Below, piece by piece: positions 55,571 through 63,625 of a stretch of DNA of 64,000 nucleotides. This stretch comes from Thermoplasmata archaeon (lineage in GTDB: Archaea; Thermoplasmatota; SW-10-69-26; JACQPN01; JAJPHT01). The stretch is taken from positions 32,001-96,000 of the forward strand of contig JAXDQU010000021.1 in NCBI GenBank assembly GCA_034667685.1, written 5' to 3'. A program made the translations under genes and the position numbers. Below the pieces are notes generated by a model. It was not told the origin of the DNA, searched no databases, and saw nothing but the letters and a program-made list of their open reading frames with translations. Numbering within the stretch: the stretch's first letter is position 1; every line of letters starts with the position of its first letter.

Positions 55571-57049
55571 CTAGGGATGCCGCGGCGCCGGCGGGAGCAC
55601 GCTGGCGAGCACCGCCGGGATCGCCTCCACCACGTCGGTCGCCACCAGGCCCCACGACCTCTGCGCCGCCGCCCGCTCCCCGGCCTCGCCCGTGAGGCGC
55701 GCCCCGACGCGCGCGGCGTCGAAGGGCGCCATGCCCTTGGCGAGGAGCGCGGCCACCACGCCCGAGAGCGCGTCGCCCGTGCCGCCCACGCTCATGGCGG
55801 GGTGGCCCGTGGCGTTGAGCTTCACGCGCTCGCCCTCCGCGATCGCGTCGATGGGCCCCTTGAGGAGCCACGTGCCGCCCAGCTCCCGCGCCGCCCCGAG
55901 CGCCGCCTTCTCGCGCCCGTCCGGATCGGTGGGCGCGTCGCGGCCGGTGAGCGTGCGGAACTCGCGCGCGTGGGGCGTGAGCACGGTGCGCGGCCCGACG
56001 AGATCCTTGCGCTCCGCGAGGGCGGTGAGCGCGTCCGCGTCGACCACCACCGGGAGCCCCTCGCGCGCCGCGCGTTCGAGCGCATGGTGGACGGCCTTCT
56101 GCGCCTGGCCGAAGAGCCCCGCGCCGGGCCCCACGACGACGCTGTCGGCCTTCTTGAGCCACGTGTTGAGCGTGACGCGGTTGGCGGGGTCGTCGAAGTT
56201 GAGGTCGTCGCCGTTGAGCGGCCGCACGACCACGTTGGGCGAGTAGGACGCCACGACCTGCCAGGCGCGCTGCGGCGTGAGCACGATCGCGAGGTCCGCG
56301 CCCGCCCGCAGCGCCGCCATCGCGCACACCGCCGGCGCGCCCGTGTAGGGGCCCCCGCCAATGACGAGCACGATGCCGCCCTCGCCCTTGTGCTGCTCCC
56401 ACCGTCCCTGCGGATAGAGCAGGTACTCGCCCGGCCCCGTGTAGCGCGCCGCGTCGCGCGGGATGCCGATGTCCACGACGCGGACGCGCCCGCACGTCGC
56501 CTCGCTCATCCCGTCCTTGATATCATGGAACGTGACCGTCTCGCGCGGGACGTAGGTCGTCGCGCCGCCGAAGCCCGTGGGCACGTCCACCGCGACGACG
56601 CGCGCCTTCGTCCGTGATAGCACCTCGACGATGCCGCGGTACGGCTCGCGCAGCTCGCCCGAGAGGCCCGCGCCCAGGAGCGCGTCGAGCACGACCGGCC
56701 CGCGCGCGAGCGCACGCTCGACGTCGGCGGCCGTCGCGTTGAACTTCACCGGGACCTGCGGCGGAAGCTGGCCGAACGCGCCGCGCGCCAGCGCCGTCCG
56801 CCACCCGCCGGGCGAGACGGGCGTGACGACCTCGACCGCGATGCGCTGCGCCGCGAGGTGCCGCGCCGCCACGAGCCCGTCGCCCCCGTTGTTGCCCGGC
56901 CCCGCGAGGACGAGCACGCCGGCCTGTTGCGCGAGCGGCGCGCAGTGCTCGGCCAACGCGCGCCCCGCGTTCTCCATGAGCTGCGCGGTGGGCACGCCCA
57001 GCGCCTCGGCGTTCAGGTCCAGGACGCGGACCTCCGGGAGCGGGATCAC
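55571..57049 (-). CDS. nnr: Bifunctional NAD(P)H-hydrate epimerase/dehydratase
   Basis: LMENAG, GPGNNGGDG, DALLGAG, VDVPTG; HKG, VVDADAL, TPHAREF, GGTGD. Confidence 0.93.
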   Translation of the reverse strand: MIPLPEVRVLDLNAEALGVPTAQLMENAGRALAEHCAPLAQQAGVLVLAGPGNNGGDGLVAARHLAAQRIAVEVVTPVSPGGWRTALARGAFGQLPPQVPVKFNATAADVERALARGPVVLDALLGAGLSGELREPYRGIVEVLSRTKARVVAVDVPTGFGGATTYVPRETVTFHDIKDGMSEATCGRVRVVDIGIPRDAARYTGPGEYLLYPQGRWEQHKGEGGIVLVIGGGPYTGAPAVCAMAALRAGADLAIVLTPQRAWQVVASYSPNVVVRPLNGDDLNFDDPANRVTLNTWLKKADSVVVGPGAGLFGQAQKAVHHALERAAREGLPVVVDADALTALAERKDLVGPRTVLTPHAREFRTLTGRDAPTDPDGREKAALGAARELGGTWLLKGPIDAIAEGERVKLNATGHPAMSVGGTGDALSGVVAALLAKGMAPFDAARVGARLTGEAGERAAAQRSWGLVATDVVEAIPAVLASVLPPAPRHP

Positions 57050-57091
57050 GCGCCACGACCGGCCAACCGCGGTATGGACGTTGCGCGAGGA

Positions 57092-57219
57092 AACCCGAGT
57101 CCGATTCCGATTCCTCTTCCCCGAGTCCGATTCCGATTCCTCTTCCGATTCCGAACGGGACTCGGAAGAGGAATCGGAATCGGAATCGGAAGAGGCGACG
57201 ATCGGCATCGGACTCGGTT
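57092..57219. repeat. Hexamer-unit palindrome (CCGATT/CCGAGT units)
   Basis: CCGAGTCCGATTCCGATTCCTCTT duplicated on the left arm and mirrored by GAAGAGGAATCGGAATCGGAATCGG. Confidence 0.88.
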
Positions 57220-57257
57220 CCGGAAGCCTCAAGCCCGGACCCCCTTCTCGTCGAGCA

Positions 57258-57644
57258 ATGTTCCCCGGCATGGGCGGTCGCGGCGTCGACCCGAAGCGTC
57301 TCCAGGCGATGATGCGCCAGATGGGCATCAAGATGGAGGACATCGAGGACGTCGAGGAGGTCGTCATCCGGACGAAGGACAAGGAGTACGTCTTCGCCGA
57401 CGCCGAGGTCAGCAAGATGACCGCGCAGGGGCAGGTCACGTGGCAGCTGGCCGGCGAGCCGACCATCCGCCCTCGCGCCCCCGCCGAGCCGGTGAAGATC
57501 GGCTACAGCGACGAGGACGTCAAGCTCGTCATGGAGCAGGCGAAGGTCAGCGAGAAGCAGGCGCGCGACGCGCTCGACGCGGCCAACGGCCAGCCTGCGG
57601 AAGCGATCATGAAGCTGATCGAGGAAGACGCGGACGCGGCCTAG
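57258..57644 (+). CDS. nac: Archaeal nascent polypeptide-associated complex protein
   Basis: DPKRLQAMMRQMGI NAC domain; EDVKLVMEQ...AEAIMKL UBA domain. Confidence 0.93.
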   Translation: MFPGMGGRGVDPKRLQAMMRQMGIKMEDIEDVEEVVIRTKDKEYVFADAEVSKMTAQGQVTWQLAGEPTIRPRAPAEPVKIGYSDEDVKLVMEQAKVSEKQARDALDAANGQPAEAIMKLIEEDADAA

Positions 57645-57832
57645 AGCTTCAGCATCGTGCGCAGCAGGTCCGAGAGGCGGGCCGGGCGCACTTCCTTCTT
57701 CATGTCCTTCGCCAGCGCCTCGTAGTAGAGCACCTGGCGCTCGACCTTCGCAAGCTCGGCGCGCAGCTCGTCCTGGCGGCGACGCCACCGGTCGAGCTCG
57801 TCCAAGGTCTTGAGGATCGCTTGGTCGCGCAT
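57641..57832 (-). CDS. Small coiled-coil hypothetical protein
   Basis: 63-aa ORF with a TATA-like element upstream. Confidence 0.65.
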   Translation of the reverse strand: MRDQAILKTLDELDRWRRRQDELRAELAKVERQVLYYEALAKDMKKEVRPARLSDLLRTMLKL

Positions 57833-57922
57833 CGTCCGAGCCAGACCGGCCGTCGTCCATATAGTTTGTGAACGTCCGGTCGGGCACGCTGCGGCGCAGC
57901 CGTTCCACTGCGCGTTGGCATG

Positions 57923-57996
57923 TGGGCCCCACCCGATTTGAACGGGTGACCAACGGGTTATGAGCCCGGCGCTCTACCAGACTAAGCTAGGGGCCC
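57923..57996 (-). tRNA. tRNA with CAT anticodon, most likely tRNA-Ile2 (agmatidine type)
   Basis: Full cloverleaf GGGCCCC...CTCATAA...TTCAAAT...GGGGCCCA; GGGCCC acceptor typical of archaeal Ile rather than Met tRNAs. Confidence 0.9.
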
Positions 57997-58018
57997 GCAC
58001 GCCGCCGAACTCGGTCAT

Positions 58019-58108
58019 GGGTTATGAGCCCGGCGCTCCCGAGCGAGCGCAGCGAGCGAGGCGCGGCCGACCGCAGTCGGCCAGCGTACCAGACTAAGCT
58101 AGGGGCCC
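58019..58108 (-). pseudogene. Interrupted partial copy of the 5' part of the tRNA(CAT)
   Basis: Exact tRNA nt 1-22 (58087-58108), 48-nt insert, exact next 20 nt (58019-58038); no T arm. Confidence 0.85.
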
Positions 58109-58172
58109 GCGCTTGCGCCAACCCACGCGGCTCGAATGAGACTTTGCCGGGCGGCGTCGGAGGGGAAGATTC

Positions 58173-58790
58173 ATGCCCGCCCCGCGCGACTCCCCCGACA
58201 ATCGCAAGGTGGTGTCCCTGGAAGCGCAGCGCGCCTTGGCCGATGGCCAGCTGTTCGTGAAGAACGCGGAGGAAGAGATGGACCGGAAGATCCTCCGCGA
58301 GGACCAGCTGTACTTCATCGACAACCAGGTGGAGGCCATCGACACGTTCCTCGCCGACACCGAAGACCTCAACGGGAACCACGACGTGAAGTCGCTGCGC
58401 GACAACCTGCGCACGATGAAGCAGAAGCTCGAGAAGAAGAGCATGGAGTTCCTCGCGCAGCAGGAGGGCGGCGACCTTCCCGAGGACCTGCCGCCCGCCG
58501 AGATGGCCGAGGCGATGGTCGCCTACGGCAAGGACTTCATCGAGATGGCCGACGAGGCCCTGAAGACCAAGGTCAAGGCCGTCGACCAGGTCGCCGCGTG
58601 GGAGGACCCGCTCGCCACGCTCAACAGCTTCCTCGCCGACAGCGAGACGCTCGTGACGCACCACAAGCCCCTCGCCAAGGTCCGCGAGGACGTCCGCGCC
58701 CGCAAGATGGAGCTCCAGAAGCGCATCGCCGACGTCGTGCAGGCCTGGCGCCAGAGCGACCTGGCCGGCGGCGCCGACGAGGACGACTGA
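58173..58790 (+). CDS. Acidic alpha-helical hypothetical protein
   Basis: 205-aa ORF with typical codon usage; abuts the MTAP gene. Confidence 0.8.
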   Translation: MPAPRDSPDNRKVVSLEAQRALADGQLFVKNAEEEMDRKILREDQLYFIDNQVEAIDTFLADTEDLNGNHDVKSLRDNLRTMKQKLEKKSMEFLAQQEGGDLPEDLPPAEMAEAMVAYGKDFIEMADEALKTKVKAVDQVAAWEDPLATLNSFLADSETLVTHHKPLAKVREDVRARKMELQKRIADVVQAWRQSDLAGGADEDD

Positions 58791-59522
58791 GTGGCCCGCG
58801 TCGCCATCCTCGGCGGCACCGGCGCCGCCTTCGGCGACCTCGAGCGCATCCTCGTCGAGACGCCCTTCGGCGACGTCGAGGTCCTGCGCGACCGTGATAT
58901 CATCCTTCTCCCGCGCCACGGCACGCAGCGCCTGCCCGCGCACCGCGTCAACCACAAGGCCAATGTCGAGGCGCTGGCCCGGTGCAAGGTGGACGCCGTC
59001 CTCGCGCTCAACAGCGTGGGCGCGCTCCACGACGCGATCCCCACCGGCGCGCTCCTCGTCCCGCACGACCAGCTCGACATGCGCTCGCGCCAGAGCTTCT
59101 TCGACGACATGCCGGTCCACGTCGCCTTCGATGAGCCCTACTGCGCCGACCTGCGCGCCCTTCTGACCGCAGCCGCGCCAAGCGCCATCCCGCGCGGCGT
59201 CTACGCCGCCACCGAAGGCCCGCGCCTGGAGACGCCCGCCGAGGTGCGCGCGCTGCGGACGCTGGGCGGCGACGTGGTGGGCATGACCGGCGCGCCCGAA
59301 GCCGCCCTCGCCCGCGAGCGCGGCCTCTGCTACGCGAGCCTCTGCCTCGTCACCAACCCCGCCGCGGGCGTCGGCGGCGCGCGCGTGAGCGCCACGCAGA
59401 TCCGCGACGCGGCCGCCAAGCTCCACCACGAAGCCCTGCGCGCCGCGCGCGAAGCCGCCGGGCGGGTGCGCGCGCCGCGGACGTGCGCGTGCGCGCGGGC
59501 GGCGCGCGACGGGAGCATCTGA
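58791..59522 (+). CDS. mtnP: MTAP-family purine nucleoside phosphorylase
   Basis: ILGGTG, TPFG, PRHG, NSVGAL, EGPRLETPAE, VGMT, VTN. Confidence 0.9.
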   Translation: MARVAILGGTGAAFGDLERILVETPFGDVEVLRDRDIILLPRHGTQRLPAHRVNHKANVEALARCKVDAVLALNSVGALHDAIPTGALLVPHDQLDMRSRQSFFDDMPVHVAFDEPYCADLRALLTAAAPSAIPRGVYAATEGPRLETPAEVRALRTLGGDVVGMTGAPEAALARERGLCYASLCLVTNPAAGVGGARVSATQIRDAAAKLHHEALRAAREAAGRVRAPRTCACARAARDGSI

Positions 59523-59565
59523 GCGCGCACCTGACCTTGGGATCAGGTGCGCGCTCAGATGCCCC

Positions 59566-59844
59566 TCAACGCAGCGTCGCCACGAGAAGCGCCACGCTCG
59601 CCGCCGTCTGCAGGCCTTCGCGCACGAGCGCCAGCCACGCGTTGCCGCCGAGCATCATCATGGTCCAGGCGTCGTAGAGGACCATCGCGTTGTTCACGAG
59701 AAGGAACGCCGCGAAGAGCAGGAGGCCCAGCGTGAAGGGGGAGCGGAGCTGGCGGTGGTTGCGCCAGTAGACGGCGCCCAGGGCGAGCGCCAGGAGGCAG
59801 TTCGCGCCCGCGAGCGCGAGGTCGATCGCCTCGATGGCGCTCAC
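59566..59844 (-). CDS. Small 3-TM membrane protein
   Basis: VYWRN...SPFTLGLLLFA; coupled to the wHTH gene. Confidence 0.75.
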   Translation of the reverse strand: MSAIEAIDLALAGANCLLALALGAVYWRNHRQLRSPFTLGLLLFAAFLLVNNAMVLYDAWTMMMLGGNAWLALVREGLQTAASVALLVATLR

Positions 59845-60149
59845 GGCGTCCGGCCCTCCTCGTCCTTCAGGATGCGCGCGGCGATGAGGTCAAAGTCGGG
59901 CAAGCTCTCCTCCATGTCGGGCGTCAGGATGTAGACGGCGCCGTACTTCGCGCCGGCGGGCGACACGATGCGGTTCTCGGTGAGCACGCGCAGGTGGTGC
60001 TCGGCGGTCTTGTAGTCGATCTTCAGCATCGCGCTGACCTGGTTCGTGTTGTACGGCCGGTCGCGCAGCAGCGCGAGGATGCGGATGCGCATCGGCCCGC
60101 CGCGGGTGCCCCCGAGGAGGTGCCAGAGCACGCGCTTGAGGTTCGCCAT
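59841..60149 (-). CDS. ArsR-like winged-helix regulator
   Basis: LWHLLGGTRGGPMRIRIL...YNTNQ...DYKTAEHHLRVL...KYG. Confidence 0.88.
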   Translation of the reverse strand: MANLKRVLWHLLGGTRGGPMRIRILALLRDRPYNTNQVSAMLKIDYKTAEHHLRVLTENRIVSPAGAKYGAVYILTPDMEESLPDFDLIAARILKDEEGRTP

Positions 60150-60266
60150 GCCGGCCGGGCGCGAAGCTCATGGTGGGAGCCTTGTAGATGTCGAAGCCTC
60201 TCGCTGCCCCAGATTCGACCCCGAAATCGTCATATAGCGCCCCCTGGATGGGCCCATCCCAGCCCC

Positions 60267-60340
60267 GGGCTCATGGTCTAGCTGGTTATGACGGCGCTTT
60301 CACACAGCGCAGATCTCCGGTTCGAATCCGGATGAGCCCA
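60267..60340 (+). tRNA. tRNA-Val(CAC)
   Basis: Cloverleaf GGGCTCA...GCGCT TTCACAC AGCGC...TCCGG TTCGAAT CCGGA TGAGCCCA; CATATA ~30 nt upstream. Confidence 0.95.
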
Positions 60341-60474
60341 TGATTGCGCCAGCGAAGCTGGCGCGAGCATGGGCAGGAGCCGCGCAGCGGCGCCGGTCAT
60401 CCGGATGAAGCCGAAAGGGCGCGCAGCGCCCGGTCGCGCCGCAGCGCGATTCGGCTGAAATCCGGATGAGCCCA
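60341..60474. repeat. Mini-hairpin cassette ending in a 16-bp copy of the tRNA-Val 3' end
   Basis: AATCCGGATGAGCCCA at 60325-60340 and at 60459-60474. Confidence 0.85.
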
Positions 60475-60552
60475 CGTCGAATCGATCAGAATGAGTGGAT
60501 CATTCTTTTCACGACCGATGCCTTCTTGCTGTCTCTTGTTACTCGTCGCACG

Positions 60553-60918
60553 ATGAGCCCCGCTGGCCGTGGCCGTTGCGTGATCGCCCTCGCCTTCGTC
60601 GGCCTGCTTCTGCCCGCGTTTCCCACCCACGCGGCGGCCTCGCAGCCCGCCATCGATCCCACCACGCTCTCGTTCGTTCCCTCGCCCGTCGTCCAGTCGA
60701 CCTTCGCGCCGCGCGGCGTGGCGTCCTGCTCCGGCGCCGGAAGCATCGGCACGGGGTCCCATCCCGCGGCCGAGACCGTTTCCGTGATGGTGCGGACCCA
60801 CGGGTGCCACGTCGCCAGCGCCACCGTCACCTGGACCATCTCAGGCAAGACGTATGCCGCGAGCGTTGACCCGATCACGGGCAGGTTGGGCCTGATCCAC
60901 CGGGTCGGGAGCGCCTGA
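60553..60918 (+). CDS. Hypothetical secreted protein
   Basis: Signal-like segment IALAFVGLLLPAFPTHAAA; start uncertain. Confidence 0.4.
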   Translation: MSPAGRGRCVIALAFVGLLLPAFPTHAAASQPAIDPTTLSFVPSPVVQSTFAPRGVASCSGAGSIGTGSHPAAETVSVMVRTHGCHVASATVTWTISGKTYAASVDPITGRLGLIHRVGSA

Positions 60919-60990
60919 AGGCAAGCGCCCATTCCATCCTGCGTTCCAGAAAGACGACGAGCGGATGCTCTCGTACGCTCCTCGCGTCGC

Positions 60991-61185
60991 ATGCATCCCG
61001 CCTTGGTCCAGGGTCGCGCGTGGGTCGGCGCCGAGCTGGCGGTGGCCGTCGCGTGGGCGGCGCACCTGCGCGCGGAGGGGCCGCAGCAGCGCTTCTCGAC
61101 GGCCGCGCGGTTGCACGCGCTGGAGGCGGAGCGGCGCCGGCTGCGCGAGGAGCTGAGCCTGCGCCGCAAGCGGCCGCGGTCCTGA
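60991..61185 (+). CDS. Small hypothetical protein
   Basis: 64-aa ATG ORF with coiled-coil C-terminus. Confidence 0.4.
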   Translation: MHPALVQGRAWVGAELAVAVAWAAHLRAEGPQQRFSTAARLHALEAERRRLREELSLRRKRPRS

Positions 61186-61202
61186 TGTCGGGGCGCGGCC
61201 GC

Positions 61203-61676
61203 CTAGGCCGGCGGTCCTTGTCGGGCGCGGCGCAGCTCCTCGTTGAGCGCGTTGAGCCCGCGCGCGAAGGCCGCGGCGCGGTTCGCGTCGGCGCGCCGTT
61301 CGTCGAGGGCGCCGCGCAGCGCTTCGACGAAGGCGGCGGTGGAGATCGGCTTCGTGAGGAAGCGGTCGACGCGCGCGTCGTTGATGCCGCGGATGGCGGC
61401 GTCCTGCTCGGGGTAGGCGGTGAGGAGGATGCGCACGGTGGTGGGCCGCTTGGCGCGGACGTGCTCGAGGAACGCGATGCCGTCCTCGCCGGGCATGCGG
61501 TAGTCGGAGACGGTCAGGTCGTACTCGTGGCGGCCGACGAGGGCCATGGCTTCGGCGGCGTCGCGCGCCATGTCGACGCTGACCTCGGGCATCGCGCGGC
61601 GGATCACGGCGCCCAGGGCGGCAAGGATCTGCGGCTCGTCGTCGACCAGCAGGATGCGAGGGTGGGTGGCGCTCAT
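61203..61676 (-). CDS. Response regulator receiver protein
   Basis: ILLVDDEP, SDYRMPGEDG, LLTAY, FLTKP. Confidence 0.92.
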   Translation of the reverse strand: MSATHPRILLVDDEPQILAALGAVIRRAMPEVSVDMARDAAEAMALVGRHEYDLTVSDYRMPGEDGIAFLEHVRAKRPTTVRILLTAYPEQDAAIRGINDARVDRFLTKPISTAAFVEALRGALDERRADANRAAAFARGLNALNEELRRARQGPPA

Positions 61677-61741
61677 GCTGCTCGGTCTTGGACGTTGGAG
61701 CACTTGGCGGAGCGTCCTCCGGCCGCGGACGGACAGCCCGG

Positions 61742-63601
61742 CTAACGAGACAGGTTCAGGGTCGCGAGGACCGGCGCGTGGTCGCTGGCCGCCACGACGT
61801 CCGCACTGCGGATCACGTCCACGGACCGGGCGTCCCATTCGGCGCTCATCCAGACCTGGTCGATGCGCTCCTGCGGGTCGAAGCTGGCGTACGTGTTCCC
61901 GGCGGTGTCGTTGGCGCCGTGGCCGCTGGCGACCCATGCGTCGCGGAAGGGCGAGGCCGCGAGCGTGCCGTAGACGTGGCCGCCGTCCTCGTCCTCGCAC
62001 GTCGTGGGGCACGAGTTGAAGTCGCCCACCAGGAGGCGCGGTCCGTTCCGCGTGGCGGCGCGGGCGAGGAGCGCGTCGATCTGCGCGGCGCGGTCGTTGA
62101 TGCCGAGGCCGAAGTGGACGCCGTAGAGCCAGACGTCGCGCCCGGCCACGGTGAGGCGCGTCTCGGTGACGTAGCGGTTGTCCTTCGTCGTGGGGAGCGC
62201 GAACCAGCTCGTCTCCTGCACGGGCGCGCGTGATAGCACCGCGCCGGCGAACCCTTCGGCCGAGGTGGCCGGGCCGTAGACGACGTGATAGCCCAGCCGG
62301 TCCGCGAGGATGCGCAAGAGGTCCAGGTTGCCGCTCGACATGCGCGTCGCGTCGTACTCCTGCGCCACGAGCACGTCGGGCTTCGCATCGCCGACGATCT
62401 TCACGAAGATCCCCGGATCGAGCGCGCCCGCGTTGTCGAACCCCTGGTGCAGGTTGAACGTCATCACGCGCAGCGTCGGCGACTGCGTCTCGGGCACCGC
62501 CGCCACGGGCAGCGCGAGGGGCGCCACCGCGAGGACCACGAGGAGCGCGGCCACGATCGGCCCGGCGCGCGGCGTGGGCAGCCGGGCGGCGAGGCGCGGC
62601 GCGGCGAGGAGGGCGGGGATCGCCACGAGGAGGACCGCGAGCGGCGCGACCCAGGCCTGGTCGCCCTTCCAGAGCGCGCTTCCGGGCACGTAGGCGAAGA
62701 CGAACCCGAACACGGCGAAGAACTGGAGGAGGATCATGACGAGCGCGGTCAGGCCCATCGTGCGCGCGCTGGCGGCGAAGGGGCGCGACGCGAGCGGGCC
62801 CACGAGCGCGACGAGGTCGGCGCCCATCGCGAGCTGCGCGAGGAACGCGCCCAGCGGGACCAGCGAGCTGTGGAGGAGCGCGTGGTCGAAGGCGAAGAGG
62901 AGCGCAGCGCCATTGAGCGCCAGGAGCGGCGCGCGGGGGGCCAGCCGCGGGGCCAGGAGCGCGCCCGCCGCGAGGCCCAGCGCGTCGGCGACGAGCACGA
63001 GCTTGAGATCAGCCTCGTTCCAGCGCGCGAGGCCGAACGGGTTGGCGAGGATCGCGGTCTCCAGGAAGAGCCACGCGCCAAGCCCGAGCGCGGCGAACCG
63101 GAGGCGGGGCGCTTCGCCTGCCGGAGCGGGCCGGAGCGGCCACGCGAGCGCGACGAGAAGGACCGCCAGGGGCGCCACGAGGACCGGGCTCGCGAGCGTG
63201 GCGTCCCACGAGCGCCCCCACGCGACGAGCGCGACGTCGGCCGCGAAGCCCGCGACGATGCCGCACGCGACGAGCGTATCGGCACCAGAGAGGAGCGCCG
63301 CGAGCGTCACGAGGGCGGCGAGCGTCGCGAGGCCCGAGACGACGAGGTAGGCGTTGCCCGCGGGGACCCACGGCAGCGCGATGCGGCCCAGCGCGAGCGC
63401 CACGGCGCCGGCGCGCAGCCAGGGGCGCGCCTCGCCGCGCAGCGCCACGGGCAGCACCAGCAGGAGCGGAAGCGCGGCGGTCCACGTGAGGCCCAGCGCG
63501 TTGAGGTTGCCGTTGTAGACGCCCGAGACGAAGGCGCGCAGCGCGCCGGCGAAGAGCATCGTGGCGAGCAAGGCCGCGGCGGGGCGGCGCCAATCCTGCA
63601 T
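61742..63601 (-). CDS. Multi-TM protein with C-terminal endonuclease/exonuclease/phosphatase domain (CWH43-like)
   Basis: ~11 TM segments; MTFNLHQG, QE, VH, GDFN, RIDQ, SDH. Confidence 0.88.
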   Translation of the reverse strand: MQDWRRPAAALLATMLFAGALRAFVSGVYNGNLNALGLTWTAALPLLLVLPVALRGEARPWLRAGAVALALGRIALPWVPAGNAYLVVSGLATLAALVTLAALLSGADTLVACGIVAGFAADVALVAWGRSWDATLASPVLVAPLAVLLVALAWPLRPAPAGEAPRLRFAALGLGAWLFLETAILANPFGLARWNEADLKLVLVADALGLAAGALLAPRLAPRAPLLALNGAALLFAFDHALLHSSLVPLGAFLAQLAMGADLVALVGPLASRPFAASARTMGLTALVMILLQFFAVFGFVFAYVPGSALWKGDQAWVAPLAVLLVAIPALLAAPRLAARLPTPRAGPIVAALLVVLAVAPLALPVAAVPETQSPTLRVMTFNLHQGFDNAGALDPGIFVKIVGDAKPDVLVAQEYDATRMSSGNLDLLRILADRLGYHVVYGPATSAEGFAGAVLSRAPVQETSWFALPTTKDNRYVTETRLTVAGRDVWLYGVHFGLGINDRAAQIDALLARAATRNGPRLLVGDFNSCPTTCEDEDGGHVYGTLAASPFRDAWVASGHGANDTAGNTYASFDPQERIDQVWMSAEWDARSVDVIRSADVVAASDHAPVLATLNLSR

Positions 63602-63625
63602 GCGCGCCGATCGGTTTCACAGCGT

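Noticed and set aside
3789-55574. Very long ORFs such as 3789-6710, 17986-20622, 45748-48567 and 52395-55574
   Set aside because: Antisense or off-frame shadows of real genes, expected at high GC; Arg/Ala/Gly-rich with no motifs.
2728-57219. Repeats as CRISPR arrays
   Set aside because: No regularly spaced direct repeats with unique 30-40-nt spacers and no cas genes; these are isolated inverted repeats.
57090-57466. SDSDS/ESESE N-terminal extension of Nnr or NAC
   Set aside because: Translation of the CCGATT palindrome; both genes have good starts outside it.
57923-57996. tRNA-Met assignment
   Set aside because: Lacks the initiator A1-U72 pair and has the GGGCCC acceptor typical of archaeal Ile tRNAs; Ile2 preferred but not proven.
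58019-58108. Intron-containing or split tRNA gene
   Set aside because: Junctions cannot form a bulge-helix-bulge, and no T arm or separate complementary 3' half is present.
60325-61200. Provirus or integrative element at tRNA-Val
   Set aside because: Direct repeats are only 134 bp apart and there is no integrase or viral gene in the window.
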